26,260 bases of DNA from a virus (lineage: Duplodnaviria; Caudoviricetes). Numbering within the stretch: the stretch's first letter is position 1; each line of letters begins with the position of its first letter. Made by a program: the position numbers and the translations under genes. Under the pieces are notes generated by a model. That model made no database searches. It was not told the DNA's origin and worked only from the letters and a program-made list of their open reading frames with translations. The stretch covers positions 1 to 26,260 of IMG/VR virus record IMGVR_UViG_3300005805_000413; one strand, 5' to 3'. Shown piece by piece: positions 17,496 to 25,636 of the stretch.

Positions 17496-19127
17496 ATGGG
17501 ATTTAAGCAAACAACTTTAGACCTTAACGGTCCTATTTTATCATTTACTCTCCATCCAGTTTCAACGACTGCTGCCAATGCTGGAATTGCTACGTTTATT
17601 GGAATTGCGACCGCTACTTTCCCAACACAATCTCCTACAAATCCAGCAACTAATACTGGTTCTATATCATATCGTTGGTATGATTCAAATGGTCCATTGA
17701 GTGATGGAACAAATATAACTGGGTCCGCAACAACAACTCTTACTCTATCAAATGTTGTAAATCCCACTGATAATGGACGTTCTCTTTATTTGAAAGCAGA
17801 TTATACGCCATCAGCATATGGTATAAGTCCAATTACTGTTGGTACAGCTAGATCTACAGGTAATGCAGTTAATGATCCAATTGATTCTAATTCGGCAGTA
17901 TTAACGGTTTATCCATCACTTTCTATTATAACACAACCAACTTCAAAGACTATATCACAAACAAGAACAGAAACATTTACTGTACTTGGAACAGCAACTG
18001 ATGGTTCAGCAGTCTCATATCAGTGGTACATTAATGGAGTTGCTGTTTCTAACGGATCAAATTCAATCAGTGGTTCTACCTTTACTGTTTCTGGAGCAAC
18101 AACTTCAACTCTATCAGTCTCCTCCACTGCAACAGGATCTTATAGTGTTACGGCAACTATTACACATCCCACGGCAGATAATTCGCCACTAACAAGCAGT
18201 GCTGCAACATTTACTGTTGTTTCCGCAAGGCAAATTGTTAATGTTGAGTTGACATCATCTGACGGTGGCAACGCAACTTTATATTCTTGGAATTTATTTG
18301 ATCAAGGTTCATTTAGCATAGGTCCATCACAGGTTCCCCAAGGAAATATTATGTCTTTTTATGCTCCAGAATCAGACATTGATGTGTATTTGGACTTAAC
18401 AGCAAATTCTGGAACAGATTATGGGAGTTATAGGGGCGGTCAAGGAGGAAAGTCTACAATTAGATTGACACTTAAAAAAAATGAAGAATATGTAATTACA
18501 TCAATATCTCAAGCAAATGATGGTAGTGCGATTTATTTTTATAAAAAATCCAGATTGGTTGCTGTTGTTGGTGGTGGAGGAAATGCTGGAACTAAAGGAA
18601 ATGGTGGAGCGGGAGGTGGAATAAATGTGGCTGGAGAGAATGGATTTGGTACTGGTGCTGGTGCTGGTGGAATACTTTATGCTGCAGGTACTTTACCATC
18701 AACTGGAATTTTTGGATCCAGTTTAGACAATAGTAGTGTTGTTAAGGCTGGAGATAGTCAAGCAATTGCTCCCAATCCAGGAAGAGTTCTTCCTTGCCCA
18801 AGAGGAGATTATTGGTATAATATTGGAATTAGTGCGTGTGCAGATTTGGGAAATATTCAACTTTATGTACCATCCGGAAGTGTAGTTAGAAACAGCGCAG
18901 TGATTTCAAGAGGTTTTAAGATGGGTTATGGTATTCGTAACAATTCCGGTAAAGGTTTAAATGGCGGTGGAAATGGTGGTAATGGTGGTGCGGGTGGTGC
19001 GGGTGGTAATGGCGGCGGTGGCGGCGGCGGAGGGTCTGGATATACTGATGGATCTGTAACTATAGTATCAACTCAACTGGGTGGAAATACTGGTAGTGGA
19101 AAAATTGTAATTAGGAGTGCTGTATAA
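17496..19127 (+). CDS. Putative adhesin: two Ig-like domains plus a glycine-rich domain (543 aa)
   Basis: Two P....A/TF...SY.WY...GA/SATT.TL Ig-like repeats; VVGGGG.AG...GG.GGG and GGGGGGGSGY glycine-rich motifs; SD GGAG. Confidence 0.7.
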   Translation: MGFKQTTLDLNGPILSFTLHPVSTTAANAGIATFIGIATATFPTQSPTNPATNTGSISYRWYDSNGPLSDGTNITGSATTTLTLSNVVNPTDNGRSLYLKADYTPSAYGISPITVGTARSTGNAVNDPIDSNSAVLTVYPSLSIITQPTSKTISQTRTETFTVLGTATDGSAVSYQWYINGVAVSNGSNSISGSTFTVSGATTSTLSVSSTATGSYSVTATITHPTADNSPLTSSAATFTVVSARQIVNVELTSSDGGNATLYSWNLFDQGSFSIGPSQVPQGNIMSFYAPESDIDVYLDLTANSGTDYGSYRGGQGGKSTIRLTLKKNEEYVITSISQANDGSAIYFYKKSRLVAVVGGGGNAGTKGNGGAGGGINVAGENGFGTGAGAGGILYAAGTLPSTGIFGSSLDNSSVVKAGDSQAIAPNPGRVLPCPRGDYWYNIGISACADLGNIQLYVPSGSVVRNSAVISRGFKMGYGIRNNSGKGLNGGGNGGNGGAGGAGGNGGGGGGGGSGYTDGSVTIVSTQLGGNTGSGKIVIRSAV

Positions 19128-19128
19128 C

Positions 19129-19134
19129 TAAATA
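19129..19134 (+). promoter_or_regulatory. Late promoter CTAAATA
   Basis: Immediately after the stop at 19127. Confidence 0.7.
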
Positions 19135-19167
19135 TTTAAAATACAACTCGGGGGAGAGTGAACCCAA

Positions 19168-22100
19168 ATGGCTGTCAATAAGAATTTTGTAGTTAAAAAC
19201 GGTTTAGAAGTTAATACAAGTCTTATTTTCGCTGATGCTGAAACTGATAAAGTTGGTATTGCAAATACAACGCCATCACATACTCTACATGTAAACGGTG
19301 GTATTGGTGCTACTAGTTCTTATGTCTCTGGAGTAGGAACATTTATAAATGGACTGGTTGTTTCTGGAACAACTGGATTTAACGTTGGAGCAGCAGGTTC
19401 GGTTGGAATTGGAACTAACACTGCAAATTATCCCCTTGAAATTCTTGGAACATCTGGAACAACAGTTGCTCAGATTACTGGTAATGTAAACGTTGATGGA
19501 AATCTAATAGTAGATGATTTAACTGCTACACAGTCTGTAACATCAATATCAACAGTAACTTCATCACTTCATGTTGAGAATGGTGGCAGTGATGCTTTAG
19601 CTGAGATTGATATTCTCACTGTGAATAGTTCAGCATCTTTCCCTAATTTATACGTTACTGGAGTATCAACTTTTACAAGTATCGCAGATAATGCTCTTGG
19701 ATCTAGTGCTACAGGATCAATTCAAATATCTGGTGGAGTTGGAATAAGTAAAAATCTTACAGTAGGATCTGCAGCAACGATTGGAAGTTCTTTGTTTGTT
19801 GGTGGAAAGTCACTTTTCTACAACTATTCTACAGTAAACAATACATTAAACGTAAATAGACTTAGACCAGAAACAGTATCATTCGCATCATCATTAACTG
19901 TTTCTTCTCAAGAAACTGAACCAAGAGAAGTTGTTCTTTCTAATGATGGAAAGACAATGTATGTTCTTGGAAATGCTGGAAATGATATTACTTACTATGG
20001 ACTAACTACTGCTTGGAGTCTTCCTTCAGCCTCTTACCTTGGCGAATACTCTGTTGCGTCTCAGTTGACTTTACCAACTGGAATGTATTTTAGACCAGAT
20101 GGGACTAAATTTTATGTTGTTGGTACTACTGGAGTTGGAGCAGCAGCGACAGCAGTTAATCAATACTCCTGTTCTACACCTTGGGATTTAACTACAGCAT
20201 CATACGACTCAGTTTCTTTTAGTGTCTTTTCTCAAGAGGCTTCTCCACAAGCAATTGAATTTAAACCAGATGGGACTAAGTTTTATGTTGCTGGAATTGG
20301 TGGAGCATCGGTTTATCAATATTCTTGCTCTACACCTTGGGATTTAACCACAGCATCATATGATTCAGTTGCTTATAGTTTATCCGTTCAAGACTCTTCA
20401 CCACAAGGGATTAGATTTAGTTTAGATGGACTTAAATTATTAGTCGTTGGATCTACAAAAGATGTTCTGAATGAATATGTGTTATCTACACCATGGAACG
20501 TATCTACCATTTCCTTTGGTAGCACTGTTGCCTATTTCTCTACCGTAGGAGAGACAAGTCCATCGGGACTTTATTGGAAGCCAGATGGATCTAGAGTTTA
20601 TGCTAGTGGATTTGTTAATGATAGAATATATCAATTTAATGTCTCATCTGATGCAGATTTGGAAGTCATTGGCGAAACCAAACTTTATGGTGATGTTGAA
20701 ATATACCAAGATGTTGATCTGTATGGAATTGTAAACGGATATGGTGATGTATATTTAAATTCAGATTTAACTGTCTCTGGATTAACCACAACCAGAAATT
20801 TCTATGCTTCTGGAATTAGTACTATTTCAAATATTAATTCTGGGCAACTAAATCTTTCTGGTATCGCAACAATATCGGTTAATAGTTCTACTAATGCCTT
20901 AAGAATTAATCAAACTGGATCCGGTAATGCCCTCTTAGTTGAAGATGAGACAAACCCAGATTCAACTCCATTCGTTATTAACTCAAATGGTAATGTTGGT
21001 ATAGCAACTAATGATCCAACGACCACACTTCACGTCATTGGAAATTCTATAATTACTGGAGTATCAACTCTGGGAGTTACATCTACAACTAACTTTACTG
21101 CACAGCAAGTTAATGTTTCCGGAATATCAACTCTGGGGGTTACAAGTACAACTAACTTTACGGCACAACAAGTTAATGTTTCTGGAGTATCAACTCTTGG
21201 AAACACATCAATATCTCAACTCAATGTTTCTGGAGTGTCAACTCTGGGAACTACAAGTGCAACTAATTTCACAACACAACAAGTTAATGTTTCTGGTCTT
21301 TCTACTTTTGCGGGGATCACTACAGTTACTGGAACTACATTATTTGCTAAGCAACTCAATGTTTCTGGAGTATCAACATTAGGAATTACAACTTTAACTA
21401 ATCTTACATCACAGCAATTAAATGTTTCTGGAGTATCAACATTAGAAATTACAAATATATCTCAACTCAATGTTTCCGGTGTATCAACATTAGGAATTAC
21501 AACTTTAACTAATCTTACATCACAGCAATTAAATGTTTCTGGTGTATCAACATTAGGAATTACAACTTTAACTAATCTCACATCACAGCAAATTAACGTT
21601 TCAGGAGTTGTCACGGCAACTACATTTATAGGATCTTTAACTGGTAATGCTTCAAGTGCGACTTATGCCACATCTGCAGGAATAGCATCCGCTCTCAATG
21701 CGAATTCCTCAATTAATACTACAGGTATTATAACTGCAACAGCATTCTATGGTGACGGGGTAAACATTACTGGAGTTACTGCAAATCCTGGTGGAAGTGA
21801 TGGACAAATTCAATACAAGAATGGTGTTCTTCTTGGTGGTGCAGCAAATATGTACTATGATAATAGTACTGGATTTGTTGGTATCGGAAGTACTCAACCA
21901 ACCGTTGCTCTTGATATTTACACTGGAAACATCAGAGGTGTATTTAAGGATTATGGTGAAGTATATTATGATCTTGGAAATACTGGAACTTCAAAAAATA
22001 TCAACCTTGCGGATGGAAACTTCTTTACAGCAACTTTGACTGGAAGCCCTTGTACCTTTACATTTACAACAGGTCTTGCTGCTGCCTCTCCAAATACTGC

Positions 22101-22299
22101 GGTTTCATTTACTTTATTCTTAACGAATGGTGTTGGGTCTGGAACAGTTGCTTGGCCACCTACTGTGTGGTGGCCTGGAACAGGACAAAATGTACCTAAC
22201 AGAACTACAACCGCAAACAGAACAGATGTATATACATTCATTACATACAATAATGGTGCGAAGTGGTATGGCACAATCTCAATGTTTGATTATCAATAA
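19168..22299 (+). CDS. Tail fibre protein with a beta-propeller-like insert and repeat shaft (1043 aa)
   Basis: N-terminal KNFVVKNGLEV; VGIGT repeats; five xxDG(T)K.YV.G blades; SGVSTLG repeats; C-terminal domain homologous to that of the 1960-aa protein. Confidence 0.8.
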   Translation: MAVNKNFVVKNGLEVNTSLIFADAETDKVGIANTTPSHTLHVNGGIGATSSYVSGVGTFINGLVVSGTTGFNVGAAGSVGIGTNTANYPLEILGTSGTTVAQITGNVNVDGNLIVDDLTATQSVTSISTVTSSLHVENGGSDALAEIDILTVNSSASFPNLYVTGVSTFTSIADNALGSSATGSIQISGGVGISKNLTVGSAATIGSSLFVGGKSLFYNYSTVNNTLNVNRLRPETVSFASSLTVSSQETEPREVVLSNDGKTMYVLGNAGNDITYYGLTTAWSLPSASYLGEYSVASQLTLPTGMYFRPDGTKFYVVGTTGVGAAATAVNQYSCSTPWDLTTASYDSVSFSVFSQEASPQAIEFKPDGTKFYVAGIGGASVYQYSCSTPWDLTTASYDSVAYSLSVQDSSPQGIRFSLDGLKLLVVGSTKDVLNEYVLSTPWNVSTISFGSTVAYFSTVGETSPSGLYWKPDGSRVYASGFVNDRIYQFNVSSDADLEVIGETKLYGDVEIYQDVDLYGIVNGYGDVYLNSDLTVSGLTTTRNFYASGISTISNINSGQLNLSGIATISVNSSTNALRINQTGSGNALLVEDETNPDSTPFVINSNGNVGIATNDPTTTLHVIGNSIITGVSTLGVTSTTNFTAQQVNVSGISTLGVTSTTNFTAQQVNVSGVSTLGNTSISQLNVSGVSTLGTTSATNFTTQQVNVSGLSTFAGITTVTGTTLFAKQLNVSGVSTLGITTLTNLTSQQLNVSGVSTLEITNISQLNVSGVSTLGITTLTNLTSQQLNVSGVSTLGITTLTNLTSQQINVSGVVTATTFIGSLTGNASSATYATSAGIASALNANSSINTTGIITATAFYGDGVNITGVTANPGGSDGQIQYKNGVLLGGAANMYYDNSTGFVGIGSTQPTVALDIYTGNIRGVFKDYGEVYYDLGNTGTSKNINLADGNFFTATLTGSPCTFTFTTGLAAASPNTAVSFTLFLTNGVGSGTVAWPPTVWWPGTGQNVPNRTTTANRTDVYTFITYNNGAKWYGTISMFDYQ
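21055..21600 (+). repeat. Nine in-frame tandem coding repeats (63/48/72 nt)
   Basis: Units of 21,21,16,21,24,21,16,21,21 aa; consensus SGVSTLG.T..TN.T.QQ.NV. Confidence 0.9.
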
Positions 22300-22301
22300 A
22301 C

Positions 22302-22307
22302 TAAATA
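22302..22307 (+). promoter_or_regulatory. Late promoter CTAAATA
   Basis: Intergenic; SD AAGGA follows; ATG at 22329. Confidence 0.7.
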
Positions 22308-22328
22308 CTTAAAAGGATATAATTTCCA

Positions 22329-22664
22329 ATGGCAGTCGCTGAAATTAACAATCTGGTCATTGAAAAAGGAACTGATTTTAGTGCTGAGTTTAATCTTTTT
22401 GAATCTGATAGTTCTGCGGCAGTATTATCGGGTCTTGGGACATCTTATGCGACAATCCGTAAGCATCCAACAGCAACAGATTACAAAAATTTTACTATAT
22501 CAATTACTGCAGCAACTGGAAAAATTCAAGTCTCTATGACTGCCGCAAATACTAGCGAATTGACTGCTGGTAGAAATTACTTTGATATTGTTTTAACTTT
22601 AGGAGGTCTTAAAACTAAAGTATTAAAAGGAACTATCTTAGTTGAGGAGAGTGTTTCCGTATGA
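22329..22664 (+). CDS. Small virion structural protein, BppU-N-like beta-sandwich adaptor (111 aa)
   Basis: NLVIEKGTDF...IRKH...G.I.VSMT...T..L.AGR.YFDIVL.......VL.G.I.V pattern. Confidence 0.6.
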   Translation: MAVAEINNLVIEKGTDFSAEFNLFESDSSAAVLSGLGTSYATIRKHPTATDYKNFTISITAATGKIQVSMTAANTSELTAGRNYFDIVLTLGGLKTKVLKGTILVEESVSV

Positions 22665-23005
22665 GTTATAAAGTAATTCTTTCTCAAGAAAATATATATA
22701 ACGCCAAGTTTTCTCCAACAGTAAAAAATTTCAAAGCAAACCTAGGATTTAACCTTGAAATTATGCCAACAAGTCTCAACGAACTTACAGACGTACAACT
22801 AAGTGGAAATAATTATGATCAGTATGTATTAGTTTATGATGCGGCTTCTGGAAAGTGGAGAGATGTAAATCCAGATGTTGTTCTCTCTGCGGCAACAACA
22901 GTTCCTGATGCTAATCGCACAACTTACACATTACCTGAAGTATTTGAAGATAAACTTGACGTTGATCTTGACAATAGAATTGATTTAGATGCTGGTAGTT
23001 TTTAA
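22661..23005 (+). CDS. Short fibre connector protein ending LDAGSF (114 aa)
   Basis: SLNELTDV...VLVYD..SGKW fibre module; ATGA overlap with the previous gene. Confidence 0.65.
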   Translation: MSYKVILSQENIYNAKFSPTVKNFKANLGFNLEIMPTSLNELTDVQLSGNNYDQYVLVYDAASGKWRDVNPDVVLSAATTVPDANRTTYTLPEVFEDKLDVDLDNRIDLDAGSF

Positions 23006-23011
23006 GGTTTC

Positions 23012-23017
23012 TAAATA
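23012..23017 (+). promoter_or_regulatory. Late promoter CTAAATA
   Basis: Intergenic; SD GGAG; ATG at 23049. Confidence 0.7.
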
Positions 23018-23048
23018 TTAATATAAGAGAATATTTGGAGAACTGTAA

Positions 23049-25352
23049 ATGCCCGCTCCTATCCTTCAGTTTAAGAGGGGTAGTGCGTCTGCTTTAAATT
23101 TTGGCTTAAGAGCTGGTGAACCCGCACTAACCACAGATAAGTATGATTTTTATGTGGGTATTGATAGCACTTTAGCAAATAATAAATTTTTTGGTAGCGC
23201 AAGATACTGGACCAAGGAGACAACTTCTACAGGTAGCGGCATAAACCTTGTTGAAGGAACTACTAATGGAACTCAGTATATTACATTAAAGTCTCCAGAT
23301 AATCTTTCTGGTATAACGACTTATACATTCCCAGCAACCCCAACTGCGGATTATTATCTTAAGACTGGTGCGGATGGAACTTTATCCTGGGCAGCAGTTT
23401 CTCAAAGTTCATTCGCTGGTATTGTTACATTTACCGATACCACAAATAATACTTTAGGTAATCCAAATACAGGTGCGGTTCAGATTGATGGTGGTTTGGG
23501 TGTAGAAAAAAATGTAACAGTTGGTGCTGGATTATCTGTCAATGGGAATGCATATGTTGTAGGTGTATTAACTTCCACTGCATTTTTTATAGAAACGACT
23601 GCAGTTATAACTCCAGATCTTGCTGCCGGAATTACCCTTGCAGGTATTCAAACGATTGATGCAACAACAAAGGCAACTCTTGAGAGAGAACTTGCTTTTG
23701 CTCCTAATAATTTTGATTCTCTAAATGTCTCTGGAATATCAACTTTTGGTGGTACTTCCAACTTTAATGGCCTTGTAAGTGTCGCAAATACTACACAATC
23801 AACAGATAAAGATACTGGAGCATTAGTTGTTGAAGGTGGTGTTGGTATTGAGAAAGATGTTCATATTGGTGGCCACTTAAATGTTATACGAGATGTTAAT
23901 GTTGATGGAAATCTAAACGTTGATGGAGTTGTTACTGTTGGCGGAACAGTATTCTTTCTTACAACACAAGAAGTTTATATTAAAAATAAAGATATTGTTC
24001 TTGGATACACTACAAGTGTAACTAACGCTGATATTTCTAATGACGACAGTGCAAATCACGCAGGTGTTGCGATTGCGTCTACTGTTGGAAGTCCATTAGT
24101 ATCATTCTCTGCTTCTGGAATTAATACACTTCCAGATACTTATAAGCAGATGATGTGGTTCAAGAGTGGAACTCTTGGATTTGGAACAGATACTTTTGCA
24201 TTCAACTATGGTGTTGCAATCGGCACCACAACAATGGCTGATGGTGTAAGACTTGCTGTTGGAACTGGTGTTTCTATTACTGATACTGCAGTTATTGCAC
24301 CTGTAGGAACATTTGGGACACTTAATGGAACTGTAACTGGTACTATTTCTACGGCAACCAGAGCAACCACTATTGATACAACAGGAACTTCTAATAATGC
24401 TACTTATTATGTTACTTTTGTTGATACATCTGCTGGACAAAATGGCGAAACTTTAAGAGTTGGTACAGCACTTTCTCTAAATGCATCTACAGGAAATGTC
24501 AAAGCAGCAGGTGATCTGATTGCTGGAAGCAGTTATTTAGCTTCTGCAGACGGCACTAGATCAATTTATATGTATGATGGTAGTGGTGATGTGCTTATAT
24601 CATCAAACTTAACTGTTAATGGAACTTTAACTGGAACAGCTTCCACCGCAGCAAAAGTTTTAACACAAACTGCATCTGATACTAACGCAACATATCATCT
24701 CACTTTTGTAGACTCACATAATCCTTCTCAAACACCAGAATATGTTTATACTGATGATGGAATTTATTATAACCCAGGCACAAATACCTTTACTACACAA
24801 TACATCACTGCTACCGCTGATGTAATTGTTGGAACTTCTTTAAGTGCTCCAACAATTAAAACAGCAACTGTTAAACATTCAAATGGAACAACAGCAGCAA
24901 CTATAGATTCCCTTGGTTCAATAGTAGCAAGTAAGGATCTAACAGTTACTGGAAATCTTTATGTTAATGGCAACACAACTCAAGTCAATGTAACTGAACT
25001 TGAAGTTTATGATCGCACGATTACTTTAGGTATTCAAAGCGGAACAACGCCATCTTCCACAAGTTGGGATCTTGGTGTGATGATGAACTATGGTGATGCT
25101 GGAGTTGCAAAAACTGCCGCTGTCATCTGGGAGCACACAGCACAAAGATTTAAGTTTGCTTCTAGTGCGAACAATCCAGTTTCTACTGGTAGTACAACAA
25201 CTCCTGATATTACTGTTAATACATTTGCCCCCATTGAAGTTGCTGAACTGTGGGTAAATAATACCTGCAGTGGTGGTGCTGTTCAGGTTATTGGATGTGT
25301 TTCTTCTGAACTTAATTTGCAAAATATAGTTATAGACGCGGGTAGTTTCTAA
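23049..25352 (+). CDS. Tail fibre protein (767 aa)
   Basis: N-terminal LQFKRG...L.AGEPA.TTD....YVG attachment-type domain; TGA....GG.G..K repeats; GNL.VNG.TT.VN...L.V.D..I.LG module; ends IDAGSF. Confidence 0.8.
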   Translation: MPAPILQFKRGSASALNFGLRAGEPALTTDKYDFYVGIDSTLANNKFFGSARYWTKETTSTGSGINLVEGTTNGTQYITLKSPDNLSGITTYTFPATPTADYYLKTGADGTLSWAAVSQSSFAGIVTFTDTTNNTLGNPNTGAVQIDGGLGVEKNVTVGAGLSVNGNAYVVGVLTSTAFFIETTAVITPDLAAGITLAGIQTIDATTKATLERELAFAPNNFDSLNVSGISTFGGTSNFNGLVSVANTTQSTDKDTGALVVEGGVGIEKDVHIGGHLNVIRDVNVDGNLNVDGVVTVGGTVFFLTTQEVYIKNKDIVLGYTTSVTNADISNDDSANHAGVAIASTVGSPLVSFSASGINTLPDTYKQMMWFKSGTLGFGTDTFAFNYGVAIGTTTMADGVRLAVGTGVSITDTAVIAPVGTFGTLNGTVTGTISTATRATTIDTTGTSNNATYYVTFVDTSAGQNGETLRVGTALSLNASTGNVKAAGDLIAGSSYLASADGTRSIYMYDGSGDVLISSNLTVNGTLTGTASTAAKVLTQTASDTNATYHLTFVDSHNPSQTPEYVYTDDGIYYNPGTNTFTTQYITATADVIVGTSLSAPTIKTATVKHSNGTTAATIDSLGSIVASKDLTVTGNLYVNGNTTQVNVTELEVYDRTITLGIQSGTTPSSTSWDLGVMMNYGDAGVAKTAAVIWEHTAQRFKFASSANNPVSTGSTTTPDITVNTFAPIEVAELWVNNTCSGGAVQVIGCVSSELNLQNIVIDAGSF

Positions 25353-25356
25353 AATC

Positions 25357-25362
25357 TAAATA
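25357..25362 (+). promoter_or_regulatory. Late promoter CTAAATA
   Basis: Directly abuts the terminator hairpin. Confidence 0.65.
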
Positions 25363-25386
25363 AGGGGGTATACACCCCCTTTTTTT
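25363..25386 (+). terminator. Intrinsic terminator
   Basis: AGGGGGT-ATAC-ACCCCCT followed by TTTTTT, then the ATG at 25387. Confidence 0.8.
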
Positions 25387-25575
25387 ATGTCTGAAGATGA
25401 TTTGAAATCAGTAATCGCAGCTTATCAGCAAAAAGCATTTGAACTTTTCAATCAAAATATTGTGTTGGAAACTCAAGTTAAAGGTTTAACTTCTAAAGTT
25501 GAACAACTTCGTTTGGAAAATGAGAAATTGAAAGCAGCAAAATCCAGAAAAAAACCAGACGAAGATTTTTCTTAA
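25387..25575 (+). CDS. Small coiled-coil protein (62 aa)
   Basis: Heptad pattern LETQVKGLTSKVEQLRLENEKLK; has its own late promoter. Confidence 0.75.
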   Translation: MSEDDLKSVIAAYQQKAFELFNQNIVLETQVKGLTSKVEQLRLENEKLKAAKSRKKPDEDFS

Positions 25576-25582
25576 ATAAATA
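25573..25582 (+). promoter_or_regulatory. Overlapping tandem late promoters TAAATAAATA
   Basis: TAAATA at 25573-25578 and 25577-25582. Confidence 0.65.
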
Positions 25583-25636
25583 CCCTATAGACCCAGTATA
25601 TACTAGGTTTTACGGTTCCTACCAGGATGAAAATGA

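Noticed and set aside
20161-20370. Diversity-generating retroelement TR/VR pair
   Set aside because: Differences are synonymous C/T rather than adenine-specific, and no reverse transcriptase is in the window.
21055-21600. CRISPR array
   Set aside because: Units are in-frame coding repeats without unique spacers, and there are no cas genes.
1636-25322. Short alternative-frame and antisense ORFs in the track (e.g. 3599..4003, 6510..6953, 9436..9654, 9717..9899, 9968..10201, 11039..11389, 11352..11591, 24102..24440)
   Set aside because: They overlap better-supported genes or tRNAs, lack RBS or motifs, and have shadow-frame composition.
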